Source: an uncultured virus (IMG/VR IMGVR_UViG_3300022198_000012)
Lineage: Duplodnaviria; Heunggongvirae; Uroviricota; Caudoviricetes
DNA length: 20,000 bases
Strand: one strand, 5' to 3'
Virus record (IMG/VR): IMGVR_UViG_3300022198_000012
Location: 52,097 to 72,096 of that record
The notes under the pieces were generated by a model. That model did no database searches. It was not told the origin of the DNA and saw only the letters and a list, made by a program, of their open reading frames with translations. Position numbers and translations under genes: made by a program. The stretch's first letter is position 1. The number at the start of each line of letters is the position of its first letter. Below are positions 1 through 8,667 of the stretch, piece after piece.

Positions 1-2
1 GA

Positions 3-425
3 GCCATATTCCATAAGTTTTTTAGCGTCTAGATCTTTTTCTGCGCCTTCTTTTACTTTATCCCAGTTAATTTCTTTAATTGGATAAGAAGCTGTAACAA
101 CATCTTTTTCATGCCAAAGTAGTTTTAGTATTGACTGTTTGTCAAACTGAAGGTCTACGTCAATAAACATCATATGAGTAAAATCTGGATTGCCCATAAA
201 CTTGGCCACAAGATTATTCCTTGCGCGGTTGATCAAAGAATCAGATATCGTGCATACAGAGTACTTAAGTCCAATATCCTTGTAGTACATAAGGGCCTGC
301 AACAAGGACATCATGAAAGGCTCTGTTACATGAGAATCATAACAGGGCAGTGCAAAGAAAACATTCCATTGCTGAATTTTTTCTTTAGGGATTGTTATTT
401 GAGTTTGAGTTTGTTCTACTGGCAT
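3..425 (-). CDS. Glycosyltransferase-like protein (GT-A fold), N-terminal part; runs off the window edge
   Basis: Not in the ORF track. Manual translation from ATG at 425: MPVEQTQTQITIPKEKIQQWNVFFALPCYDSHVTEPFMMSLLQ...DSLINRARNNLVAKFMGNPDFTHMMFIDVDLQFDKQSILKLLWHEKDVVTASYPIK. It has the xARN motif and a hydrophobic strand followed by DxD (FIDVD), typical of phage GT2-like proteins. Confidence 0.8.
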   Translation of the reverse strand, partial: MPVEQTQTQITIPKEKIQQWNVFFALPCYDSHVTEPFMMSLLQALMYYKDIGLKYSVCTISDSLINRARNNLVAKFMGNPDFTHMMFIDVDLQFDKQSILKLLWHEKDVVTASYPIKEINWDKVKEGAEKDLDAKKLMEYG

Positions 426-432
426 ACAGTCA

Positions 433-441
433 ATTATAGCA
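433..441 (-). promoter_or_regulatory. Extended -10 promoter element (TGcTATAAT), probably driving a leaderless transcript
   Basis: TGCTATAAT lies 7 nt upstream of the ATG at 425, with no Shine-Dalgarno between them. Confidence 0.55.
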
Positions 442-490
442 CAACAAAAAAATTTATGCCAGCAAACAATAGAATATTAAATTAAATTAT

Positions 491-715
491 TTAAATAGTC
501 TCTTCGATCACTGGTGCGACGAATACATCGTTCACCGCATCATAAGTGTCACCGATACCAGCGTATTTGCCACGACGAGAGTTGTCGTGGAATGTTTCTA
601 TCCACAAAGATGAATCACCGTAGCGTTCGGGGTTTGCTGTCAAAAAATCCCAAGTCACAACACGAACATCGGTGACAATACCGTTCTCAACTTTGGCAAA
701 CAATGTTTCAGACAT
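491..715 (-). CDS. Small partner protein of Gly-rich fibre proteins (MAHFA-like family)
   Basis: 74 aa. Shares FA...V..V.VV and RGKYAGIGDTYD..NDVFVAP with 2218..2487 and 4069..4434. Overlaps the sulfotransferase stop. Confidence 0.8.
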   Translation of the reverse strand: MSETLFAKVENGIVTDVRVVTWDFLTANPERYGDSSLWIETFHDNSRRGKYAGIGDTYDAVNDVFVAPVIEETI

Positions 716-1373
716 AAGCCAACTTCCTTATTTCTGGTCGCACTTCGTGCATCTGCGAAACACCCCACACCCCATCATCGTCACTAGAACTATTGCGAAT
801 GTCGGTCAGTTGATGCTCATAGTCGGGCATACCAAAAAACGAATAGATGCGGTGCAACACTGTTGCGGTATCAGACACGAGTTCGTCATAGTGAACAACC
901 ACGCAGTTTTCTGGCATCGCCTTGGTCAAGTTATTGAATGACGCTTCACAACGACGCAACATCTGATCTGGCGACGACAAACGAGCCGAAGGATTATTCG
1001 CCATCAGGCGTTCCAACGAAGCACGAACTTCGCTTCTGTCTCTATCCATCACAATAAACTTCGGTTCGTTTGGCGCAAATCGAACAAGGTTCGCAAGGTT
1101 GTCTGGCGTACCCCAAGTGAACGCTTTATCAACAATGAGAGACTCGTTGCGGTTCGCATAGAAGGCAGGAATGATAGAACGCAACACGGTATTCACACCA
1201 ACAGGATTTGGGTTTGCTTCCAATGCGACCTGCTCAGACCACAAGCGTTCGCTGTGATACAGCGTGTTGCAAAGTGGCGATGATGACGAAACGAACACAT
1301 CAGGATTCTGGTTCAACAGGCTCGCCAACAGTGTCGAACCTGATCGTGGCATACCAGCAAGATAACTAATCAC
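708..1373 (-). CDS. Sulfotransferase family protein
   Basis: N-terminal PAPS-binding (5'-PSB) loop GMPRSGSTLL, followed by IVDK, FIVMDRD and VHYDELVSD...LHRIYSFFG, all typical of sulfotransferase-family P-loop proteins. The GTG start overlaps the upstream TGA (GTGA). Confidence 0.85.
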   Translation of the reverse strand: MISYLAGMPRSGSTLLASLLNQNPDVFVSSSSPLCNTLYHSERLWSEQVALEANPNPVGVNTVLRSIIPAFYANRNESLIVDKAFTWGTPDNLANLVRFAPNEPKFIVMDRDRSEVRASLERLMANNPSARLSSPDQMLRRCEASFNNLTKAMPENCVVVHYDELVSDTATVLHRIYSFFGMPDYEHQLTDIRNSSSDDDGVWGVSQMHEVRPEIRKLAYV

Positions 1374-2221
1374 GACTTGAACCTCACATACGCTATGCCT
1401 GAATAGCCCGATGCGCCATCTTGACTAAGAGTCGATGCTTTGCCCTGTCCACCACCACCTGTGTTTGCTGAGCCGTTACCTGTTCCAGCCGCACCATTCC
1501 CACCAGAACCACCGCCACCACCGCCACCACTCTTGTAAGTAGTTCCGGCGGACTGACCGAGCCACGCCGAAATGTCCAAGCCTGCGCCACCAGCACCACC
1601 AACATTTGATACACCGTTTGAGCCGTTCGCAGAACCACCGCCGCCACCACCACCACCGCCTTCGTATGCGCCTGATGAGCCACCATTGCCACCTGCTGAA
1701 CCTTGCGTCTGAACTGTTGAACCGCCTGTGCCGTTGTTCTTTGCGCCGCCGCCAGAGCCACCGAAACCTGCCCCAATGGAATACAAAGGTGCGGCACCAG
1801 CACCACCGCCAAGCGCAGTGATTTCATAGTTGTCGGTCGAATAGATGGAAGTTGGTTTGCCTGTACCCGAATACACTGCGGTAAATCCACCTGCGCCACC
1901 TGCGCCTACATCAACCGTGTAGGTTCCTGCGGCAAGATACACCGTCTGAAAGACGATGCCGCCGCCGCCGCCACCACCCGATGTTCCATAGTTGGACTGT
2001 GAACGACCACCTGCGCCGCCACCACCAACTAGGCATACATCAAACACGCCAGCCTGAGACACAACAAGGTTGTCGTCACTCGTGAAAGTCAGAAGCGTGT
2101 ACGCCTGACCGCCAACCGTGATCGACGACGACGAGCCGCCGGTTGCTGTTCCGTACAAACCTGTGATGACGATGCTGTCGGTTGTTTGTGATGACACATA
2201 GCCGAGATACGAACGGGTCAT
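1370..2221 (-). CDS. Glycine-rich virion/receptor-binding protein
   Basis: 283 aa with YTLLTFT..., VGGGGAGG, poly-Gly runs and C-terminal GYSGIAYVRFK. Paralogue of 2490..3317. ATGA overlap with the upstream gene. Confidence 0.8.
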   Translation of the reverse strand: MTRSYLGYVSSQTTDSIVITGLYGTATGGSSSSITVGGQAYTLLTFTSDDNLVVSQAGVFDVCLVGGGGAGGRSQSNYGTSGGGGGGGIVFQTVYLAAGTYTVDVGAGGAGGFTAVYSGTGKPTSIYSTDNYEITALGGGAGAAPLYSIGAGFGGSGGGAKNNGTGGSTVQTQGSAGGNGGSSGAYEGGGGGGGGGSANGSNGVSNVGGAGGAGLDISAWLGQSAGTTYKSGGGGGGGSGGNGAAGTGNGSANTGGGGQGKASTLSQDGASGYSGIAYVRFKS

Positions 2222-3198
2222 TCCACTACCTCACTAACAGGAACTTCTGGCGCAACGAATACATCAGCATCAGCATCGTAAGTCATACCGACACCAGCGT
2301 ATTGTCCTCGGAAGTTACCGTTATACGAAGTCTGTTTCCAAATCTTTCCTGAGCCGTGAACGCTGGTCAGGTAGGCGATACCAACTGCTTCGGATTCGTT
2401 TCCGTTCTCATCAAGCAAGTTATGGTTGTCCACCACCGATACTCGGTACACGATGTTGTTGTTATCTAGCCAAGCGAAGTGAGCCATTGTTACACCTTGA
2501 ACCTTAGATAGACGATGCCTGAACCACCCATGCCACCGTTGTTACCGCCAGTCGGACCACCTTTGCCACCATCTCCACTATTTGCAGCACCGTTTACTGT
2601 GGCACTACTGTTGCCGCCTTGTCCACCAGTGCCTTTCACCAATGTTGAACCGCCGATGAATGCCGACACATCGTAACCTGCTCCACCTGCCCCAGCGGTT
2701 GAGCCAGAAGCATTACCGCCAACTGCGCTCGTACCACCTCCACCACCGCCTGCTGGATTTGAGCCAGTGCCACCCGCATAGCCGCTTACCCCAGGAGCCA
2801 TTGACGGGAAAGACTGTGTAATCTCATTTCCATTTCCACCGCCACCACAACCACCAAGACTGCCCTGAATGTCAAATGCACCAGACAAAGCACCTGCGCC
2901 GCCGCCACCCCCTGCTACTGATACGCCACCAACACCACCGATAGAAACAGACGAACCTTGACCGCCCCCTTGCTGGTCGTAACTAACCCCTCCAGCACCA
3001 ATGTCTACTGCGTATGTTCCAGCGGCAAGATAAATCGTTGTTTGCATCTTTCCACCAGCACCACCACCTCCACCGCCTCTCGCACTCCTGCCCCCACGAC
3101 CACCTGCTCCACCCGCCGATTGCAGATAAACATCAAACAGTCCTTCTGTAGAAACAGTCAAAGTACTGTCACCAGTAAAGGTCAGAAGCGTGTACGCC
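2088..3198. repeat. 18-bp exact direct repeat gtcagaagcgtgtacgcc at 2088-2105 and 3181-3198
   Basis: Identical sequence encoding AYTLLT in the two paralogous Gly-rich genes. Confidence 0.85.
2218..2487 (-). CDS. Small MAHFA-family partner protein
   Basis: MAHFAWLD...WKQTSYNGNFRGQYAGVGMTYD...VFVAP. Paralogue of 4069..4434. Confidence 0.82.
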   Translation of the reverse strand: MAHFAWLDNNNIVYRVSVVDNHNLLDENGNESEAVGIAYLTSVHGSGKIWKQTSYNGNFRGQYAGVGMTYDADADVFVAPEVPVSEVVE

Positions 3199-3317
3199 AC
3201 ACCATCAACCGTGATGCTTGACGATGAGCCACCTGACGCAACGCCATACGACATCAACGGAACGCTCTGCGTCGTTAGTGACGACACATACCCAAGTTGT
3301 CTACGAGCCGTAGCCAT
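2490..3317 (-). CDS. Glycine-rich virion/receptor-binding protein
   Basis: 275 aa with the same architecture as 1370..2221 (LGYVSS N-terminus, GGSSSSITV.G.AYTLLTFT, GSGIVYLRFK). Confidence 0.8.
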   Translation of the reverse strand: MATARRQLGYVSSLTTQSVPLMSYGVASGGSSSSITVDGVAYTLLTFTGDSTLTVSTEGLFDVYLQSAGGAGGRGGRSARGGGGGGAGGKMQTTIYLAAGTYAVDIGAGGVSYDQQGGGQGSSVSIGGVGGVSVAGGGGGAGALSGAFDIQGSLGGCGGGGNGNEITQSFPSMAPGVSGYAGGTGSNPAGGGGGGTSAVGGNASGSTAGAGGAGYDVSAFIGGSTLVKGTGGQGGNSSATVNGAANSGDGGKGGPTGGNNGGMGGSGIVYLRFKV

Positions 3318-3320
3318 CAG

Positions 3321-3683
3321 TTACACCGTAATCTGGTTGACGAACCCGTGAATTGTAATCACATTTGCTGTTGCGGCAAAAGCACGAACTTCTAAAGCTG
3401 AAGAATTGCCTTTTATTAAAAGTCCAGGTGCTATTGTCACCAAACCAGCCTCAGGCTGAACCGTCAACTCAATAAGATCATCTGGATCTGCGACTCCACC
3501 CCATTCAACTGTTAGCTTTACTGCTGAAGCAGACGTATTTTGAGCATATAGCCAAACTTCGTCATATGTTGTAGATGTTGTGGAGCCAGTGTGAATAAGG
3601 GTTCCAGCAGTTGCTGTATTGGCTACTTTTATAGCTTTGCCATTTGTTGACTCAGAAAGTTTAACTTTTGTAAATGTGGCCAC
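3321..3683 (-). CDS. 120-aa putative fibre adaptor protein
   Basis: GTG start with GGAG SD. Paralogue of 5500..5862 (HTGST...EVWLYAQNT...KLT.E.GG...PxDLIE.T...E.GLV...PGL...AFAA.ANV.T.HG.V). Confidence 0.8.
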   Translation of the reverse strand: MATFTKVKLSESTNGKAIKVANTATAGTLIHTGSTTSTTYDEVWLYAQNTSASAVKLTVEWGGVADPDDLIELTVQPEAGLVTIAPGLLIKGNSSALEVRAFAATANVITIHGFVNQITV

Positions 3684-3692
3684 TTTTTCTCC

Positions 3693-4055
3693 TTAACTAA
3701 AAATCTGTGATCCAATAATTGCACTTGCGTCATCTGCTGGAGAACCAGCTTGACCCCATTCTAAACCGCTACCTGTTGCTGAATTTGCCAAGAGTGCTTG
3801 ACCATCTGCTGCTCCAGATGGAAGTTTTGCAACAGTGACTGAAGCATTTGCAAGTTTATCGGTTGTTACCGCCAGGTCTGCAATATCCGTTGTTGCTACG
3901 GCATTTGCGGCCAATTCAGTTGTTCCAACAGAACCTGGAGGAATGACTCCAGTATAAACATTTAATACCCAAGTAGTTCCATTCCAAGTCCAGCTTCTTC
4001 CACCTTCTGAGTGGACGTCATTAACTGACGGACTGTTAGGAAAATCCAAAGGCAT
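3693..4055 (-). CDS. Short fibre/anchor protein with N-terminal DFPNSP motif
   Basis: Starts MPLDFPNSPS..WTWNGTTW and has 10-aa V.T.KLA repeats. GGAG SD. Paralogous to 5871..6131 and 9617..10522. Confidence 0.78.
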   Translation of the reverse strand: MPLDFPNSPSVNDVHSEGGRSWTWNGTTWVLNVYTGVIPPGSVGTTELAANAVATTDIADLAVTTDKLANASVTVAKLPSGAADGQALLANSATGSGLEWGQAGSPADDASAIIGSQIFS

Positions 4056-4068
4056 TATTTACTCCTTA

Positions 4069-4434
4069 TTACGCTGGTGTTGCTACTTCATCCCACTGTT
4101 GAGTGGATTCATTCCAAGTCCAGTTTCCTTCTTCTGGGCGAGCAACAGGTGCTTCCCAGTCGGCTGTTTCTGTGTTTAGAGTCCAAGATGGATATGGCTG
4201 TGGTGCAACGAATGCATCAAGCTCTGCATTGAATGTATATCCGATCCCAGCATAACGTTTGCGGAAATTGTTGTTATAAGATGTTTGTTTCCAAGTACCG
4301 CCCAAAAGATTTGTGCAGAATGCGGCTCCAACAGAATCGCTTGCGGGATATTCTCCACCACCGCAATCATCGTTGGAAACGACAATAACTTGAGTTACAA
4401 CATTATCTGAGTTGATTTGGGCAAAGTGTGCCAT
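4069..4434 (-). CDS. MAHFA-family partner protein with Trp-rich C-terminal extension
   Basis: MAHFAQINSDNVVTQVIVV...WKQTSYNNNFRKRYAGIGYTFN...FVAPQPYPSWTLN...W.AP. GGAGGT SD. Confidence 0.85.
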   Translation of the reverse strand: MAHFAQINSDNVVTQVIVVSNDDCGGGEYPASDSVGAAFCTNLLGGTWKQTSYNNNFRKRYAGIGYTFNAELDAFVAPQPYPSWTLNTETADWEAPVARPEEGNWTWNESTQQWDEVATPA

Positions 4435-4530
4435 TTTAAATTAACCTCCGAAATTAATATTTTTCTCTGTAAATAGTATCATAATATTATATAAAAGTCT
4501 ATTTTTAAAATCAAATTATTAAAAGATGTA

Positions 4531-5490
4531 TTATGCTATTGAAAAAGTTCCCGTTGAAGTAAATGAATGAACAGTATAAGATCCAACTGTTGTAATTGTT
4601 CCTCCTGTAATGGTCTTACCTGCTGCTGATGAAGTTAGATAGCGAATAACTACAATTCCTGAACCTCCACTGGCCACATAGTCCTGTCCTGGCATACCTG
4701 TTCCACAACCTCCACCACCGCCGCCTAAATTGGCTGTACCAGCGAGGCCGGAGCCACCATTTGAATGCTGAGACCAGCCACCGTTTCCTCCTCCACCAGA
4801 CCCGCCCAAACCACCTCCGTACAGATAGCCAGAAGAGCCAGAACCCCCACCACCACCGCCACCATAAGTTACGGCACTGCCGGTTCGATAGCTGTTACTT
4901 AATCCAGCACCGCCAGCACCGCTAGAGCCAGCCGTAGTGGAGCCTTCATTGTTCCCAAATCCTGATGGATTAGATGCTTGGGCACCTGCTCCGCCGCCGC
5001 CGCCAGCCTGCATAGGATAGCCAGAGTTATATGGATTTCCCGTAGCACCGTTATTACCCTGTCGAGAATCAAGAGAAGTCGCACCTGTAACTGAACCTGA
5101 CTGACCACCGCCGCCAGAACCTCCACGTTGGGCCGGCGTGGAATAAGTTGAACCTCTACCACCACCAAACGCCGTTATGTACGAGCCATAGGCGGTACTG
5201 GTAGACCAATCGCTACTAAAGATTACTGAATGATTTCCATCACCTAAACGACCACCGCCAGCTCCTACAACTACGGTATAAGATCCTAGTGGAATAGTTG
5301 AATCTGCCGTAACAACAACTCCTCCACCTCCACCGCCGCCACCATTTGTTCCAGCTCCAACATTTCCCCCAGAACCACCGCCGCCAACAGCAAGGATATC
5401 TACAAGAAATGTTGGTAGACCAGCAACGCCTCGTTTTGTCCAATTAGAAACAGAGACACCTGAGCGAGTACGCTCACCAAACCTAGACAT
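4531..5490 (-). CDS. Glycine-rich virion/receptor-binding protein
   Basis: 319 aa: VDILAVGGGGSGG...GGSGIVVIRY...GGTITTVGSYTVHSFTSTGTF. Confidence 0.8.
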   Translation of the reverse strand: MSRFGERTRSGVSVSNWTKRGVAGLPTFLVDILAVGGGGSGGNVGAGTNGGGGGGGGVVVTADSTIPLGSYTVVVGAGGGRLGDGNHSVIFSSDWSTSTAYGSYITAFGGGRGSTYSTPAQRGGSGGGGQSGSVTGATSLDSRQGNNGATGNPYNSGYPMQAGGGGGAGAQASNPSGFGNNEGSTTAGSSGAGGAGLSNSYRTGSAVTYGGGGGGGSGSSGYLYGGGLGGSGGGGNGGWSQHSNGGSGLAGTANLGGGGGGCGTGMPGQDYVASGGSGIVVIRYLTSSAAGKTITGGTITTVGSYTVHSFTSTGTFSIA

Positions 5491-5499
5491 TGCAATCCT

Positions 5500-5862
5500 T
5501 TATGATACAACCGTCACATAGCCATGTAAAGTTACTACATTGGCTGCTGCTGCAAAAGCTGTGATTGTTGGGGCTGTTGATGCATTACCTGTTAAGATAA
5601 GACCTGGAACGACTAATACCAACCCGCCTTCTGCTGTGATTGTTGATTCAATAAGATCATTGGGGCTTGTTGCTCCGCCAAATTCAATTGTCAACTTGCG
5701 GTCTGTTGTATCTGTATTTTGTGCGTAAAGCCAAACTTCATGCTGTACCGAAGTATTTGTAGAACCCGTATGAACAACGCAAGTATTTGAAGATGTCGTG
5801 TCAACCAATACACCTCTACCGTTTGTTGATCCGCTAAATGGAATCTTGCTATATGTAGCCAT
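5500..5862 (-). CDS. 120-aa putative fibre adaptor protein
   Basis: Paralogue of 3321..3683. AGGAG SD. Confidence 0.8.
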   Translation of the reverse strand: MATYSKIPFSGSTNGRGVLVDTTSSNTCVVHTGSTNTSVQHEVWLYAQNTDTTDRKLTIEFGGATSPNDLIESTITAEGGLVLVVPGLILTGNASTAPTITAFAAAANVVTLHGYVTVVS

Positions 5863-5870
5863 GTTTCTCC

Positions 5871-6131
5871 TTAATTAAAATATTGAGAGGATAATACTAT
5901 TTGATCATCTTCCCAGCCCGTAACTTTAGTTGTTGAAATCGCCGCCGAAGAAGAAATATCTTCATTTATTATAGTACCATTTGCTATTTCTGAAGTAGTT
6001 ACAGTATTAGCTCCAAGTAGAGCAGATGATTGTAATGTCCATGTGTTTAAAGAAGAATTATACACCCATGATCTATTACCAACGGTATATACTTCATTAT
6101 TTGTTGGGGAATTTGGAAAGTCAATAGCCAT
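5871..6131 (-). CDS. Short fibre/anchor protein with N-terminal DFPNSP motif
   Basis: MAIDFPNSPTNNEVYTVGNRSWVY. The start is most likely the ATG at 6131, coupled to the upstream TGA. Confidence 0.75.
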   Translation of the reverse strand: MAIDFPNSPTNNEVYTVGNRSWVYNSSLNTWTLQSSALLGANTVTTSEIANGTIINEDISSSAAISTTKVTGWEDDQIVLSSQYFN

Positions 6132-6343
6132 CACACACCTCCAATGATTGCGTTGATTTCTTCATCGGTGAGACCGATAGCGGCAAGTTTGGCTTTGGCG
6201 GATTCCTTGGCGGCAACAGCGGCGGCTTGCGCCTCTATCTCTCTTTCTACATCAGCAATCGTCTGTGCATACATGGCGAGTTCTTCTTCGGTCATTGGGC
6301 GTTCAACGCCACCGACGTTGATGGTGGGATTATCTGTAGCCAT
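6131..6343 (-). CDS. Small acidic helical protein (putative fibre partner or chaperone)
   Basis: 70 aa: ERPMTEEE...AKESAKAKLAAIGLTDEEINAI. Overlaps the end of 6330..6983. Confidence 0.7.
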   Translation of the reverse strand: MATDNPTINVGGVERPMTEEELAMYAQTIADVEREIEAQAAAVAAKESAKAKLAAIGLTDEEINAIIGGV

Positions 6344-6983
6344 AAACCGTATACTTCCCCGTGATAGTCCCCGTAGATGGCGTGAGCGTTAGTCCATCGT
6401 GAGCGGCGGCGGCGTTGTATTCGGCGGATGTAATGCCGCCATCAAATGCCGCCGTCGCATTTGCTCCATACCAAGTGCCATGCCACGATGAACGGACTGT
6501 CGCGTCTGCGGGCTTTATCACGTCAATGCTAAAACTATTATGTGCAGGCGTCGTTCCGTTTGCGCCCATAATCGTATGACTTGTTGCGCTATTGGTTACT
6601 ACGGATACTCCAGCACGCACGTCATAACGGTTGCCAAAATAGTTAGCCCCCGTTACGGCTACACCGCTTGCATTTACTTGACACGCCAAACTGCAACTTG
6701 CTGACGGCACAAACTCAAAAATAACGCGGTAATTATCGTAAGTGGTGGTAAATACACCAGAAGCAAAAGCAACTGCTGACGATGTGGTAAATGATGCGCT
6801 CGTAACATATACCAAACCGCTTGAATGTGTATACACCCAAGCAGAACCGTTCCAAGAAGCAACACTTGCTGTATCTGTCTCATAGATCAACTGCCCTGTA
6901 TATGGAACAGAAGGGCGGGTTGTAGAAGTACATACCCCCGGCTTTATAACAGAGCTTGCACCCAATACTGAACTAAACGGCAT
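6330..6983 (-). CDS. Putative short tail fibre / tip-domain protein
   Basis: 217 aa: CTSTTRPSVPYTGQLIYETDT..WNGSAW, then a beta-rich domain (GLVYVTS...FTTTYDNYRVI...DGLTLTPSTGTITGKYTVYGY). GAGG SD. Confidence 0.7.
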   Translation of the reverse strand: MPFSSVLGASSVIKPGVCTSTTRPSVPYTGQLIYETDTASVASWNGSAWVYTHSSGLVYVTSASFTTSSAVAFASGVFTTTYDNYRVIFEFVPSASCSLACQVNASGVAVTGANYFGNRYDVRAGVSVVTNSATSHTIMGANGTTPAHNSFSIDVIKPADATVRSSWHGTWYGANATAAFDGGITSAEYNAAAAHDGLTLTPSTGTITGKYTVYGYR

Positions 6984-7028
6984 AATAAAACCTCTTATCT
7001 ATAGTAAACGAAAATGGGTTATTTGTCA

Positions 7029-8663
7029 TCATGCTCTTGCCACCGTTAGAGATCCTGTTGTATCCCAAGCAATCCATGTATAGGAACCATCTGTTCCAGT
7101 TGTTGTTGTTCCTGTTGATGTGATTGAAAGACCTGTTGCTGCAGATGTGAGCCAACGCACGACTACACGACCCGAACCGCCGTTACCACCAGCACCACTA
7201 GCACCCTTGATGCCACCGCCACCGCCACCACGGTTTGCCGTCGCATTATTGCCAATCGTGGTTGTGCTTCCATTACCGGCATTTGTTCCACCAGTTCCAC
7301 CAGACGATGAACCGCCTCCGCCACCGCCGCCCGAATACGAAATGGAAGAACCCGTGTAGTTGTTCGTACTTGCCGCACCACCAGCACCGCCAGCACCGCT
7401 AACCCCATTACCTCCTACGCCACCTGCGCCGCCACCGCCGCCTCCGCTTTGTGGGTCTGAAAGATTTTGACCAGAACCGCCATTGTTTCCCTCGCCAGAG
7501 ATTCCCGTACCACCTGCGGCATTTGACTGACCACCGCCGCCAGAAGCACCATCGTGTCCAGTGCTGGTGTGTCCACCACCACCACCACCGTTTGCCGACG
7601 AAATAAACGAAGAAGCCGTACCATTAGTGCCAGAGTCCAAAGAATTACCAGAACCACCAGAACCAACTTTTACTGTATATGTGTTTGTACCAATAAATGT
7701 AGAACCAGTCACGAAACCACCTGCACCACCGCCACCGCCACAACGGTTATACCCACCAGGAAATGATGCACCGCCACCGCCACCGCCACCTACAAGCAGA
7801 TAATCGACATTCAAGGTTGGTTGATAATTCAATGTTCCTACAGCAGATCCAGACACTCTTCTACGGATATAGACGATTCCTGAACCGCCGTTGCCTCCAG
7901 TTCCAGCATTTGCCCCTCCGCCTCCAGAACCAGAATTTGCACTTGCATTGTTTCCTGTGGTTCCAGAAACACCAGCAACTCCGCCCAGTCCAGCAGCACC
8001 GCCAGTTGTGTATCCTCCACCACCACCTGCTGCTTTATAAGTTGTTCCAGCAGACACCCCTATCCATGCAGAAATATCCCCACCGTTACCGCCAGCACCT
8101 CCAGTTGATCCTGCTGATGCGCCTCCAACTGCTCCGTATCCACCTCCGCCTCCGCCAACACCATTGCCACCATCATTTCCAAATGTCTCATCAATACTTT
8201 GACCACCAAAGGAACCATTTCCACCACCGCCACCACCTGATGCGCCGTGACCGCCATACCAACGCATGCTGTCATTATTTCCACCACTGCCACCACCTGC
8301 GGCGGAAATAATACTGCCTACATATGATGCTGCTCCACTTCCAACATGACCTGTATTTCCACCAGCACCACCACCGCCAATAGTAATTGTTTGATTAGAC
8401 GAAAGATAAATTGTTGTAGTAGAAGCAAGACCAACAATTGCTCCAGCACCGCCTCCACCATATCCACCGCCACCTCCACCAGAACCAACCAAAAGAACAT
8501 CAAACCAACCGGGTTGGGTAACATAAAAAGTTCCGGTATTTAAAAATTCATGAACCGTATAATCAACTCCATTGATGATTCTACCTGTGTATGTATTATC
8601 CCCACCCGATCCAATACCATACTCTGTTGCGAGTCTTGGTTTACGTGCGCCTGAGATGCTCAT
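7029..8663 (-). CDS. Glycine-rich virion protein with two tandem Gly-rich domains
   Basis: 544 aa with two units, FDVLLVGSGGGGG...GGSGIVYIR and VDYLLVGGGGGGG...GGSGRVVVRW. Confidence 0.82.
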   Translation of the reverse strand: MSISGARKPRLATEYGIGSGGDNTYTGRIINGVDYTVHEFLNTGTFYVTQPGWFDVLLVGSGGGGGGYGGGGAGAIVGLASTTTIYLSSNQTITIGGGGAGGNTGHVGSGAASYVGSIISAAGGGSGGNNDSMRWYGGHGASGGGGGGNGSFGGQSIDETFGNDGGNGVGGGGGGYGAVGGASAGSTGGAGGNGGDISAWIGVSAGTTYKAAGGGGGYTTGGAAGLGGVAGVSGTTGNNASANSGSGGGGANAGTGGNGGSGIVYIRRRVSGSAVGTLNYQPTLNVDYLLVGGGGGGGASFPGGYNRCGGGGGAGGFVTGSTFIGTNTYTVKVGSGGSGNSLDSGTNGTASSFISSANGGGGGGHTSTGHDGASGGGGQSNAAGGTGISGEGNNGGSGQNLSDPQSGGGGGGAGGVGGNGVSGAGGAGGAASTNNYTGSSISYSGGGGGGGSSSGGTGGTNAGNGSTTTIGNNATANRGGGGGGIKGASGAGGNGGSGRVVVRWLTSAATGLSITSTGTTTTGTDGSYTWIAWDTTGSLTVARA

Positions 8664-8667
8664 TGGT

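Noticed and set aside
1370..3317. Diversity-generating retroelement or invertase shufflon acting on the tip genes
   Set aside because: No reverse transcriptase or recombinase gene, no near-identical TR/VR pair differing at adenines, and all cassettes have the same orientation.
1500..8480. ccaccgccaccg-type repeats as CRISPR or tandem repeat arrays
   Set aside because: They encode poly-Gly runs and show no constant repeat-spacer periodicity.
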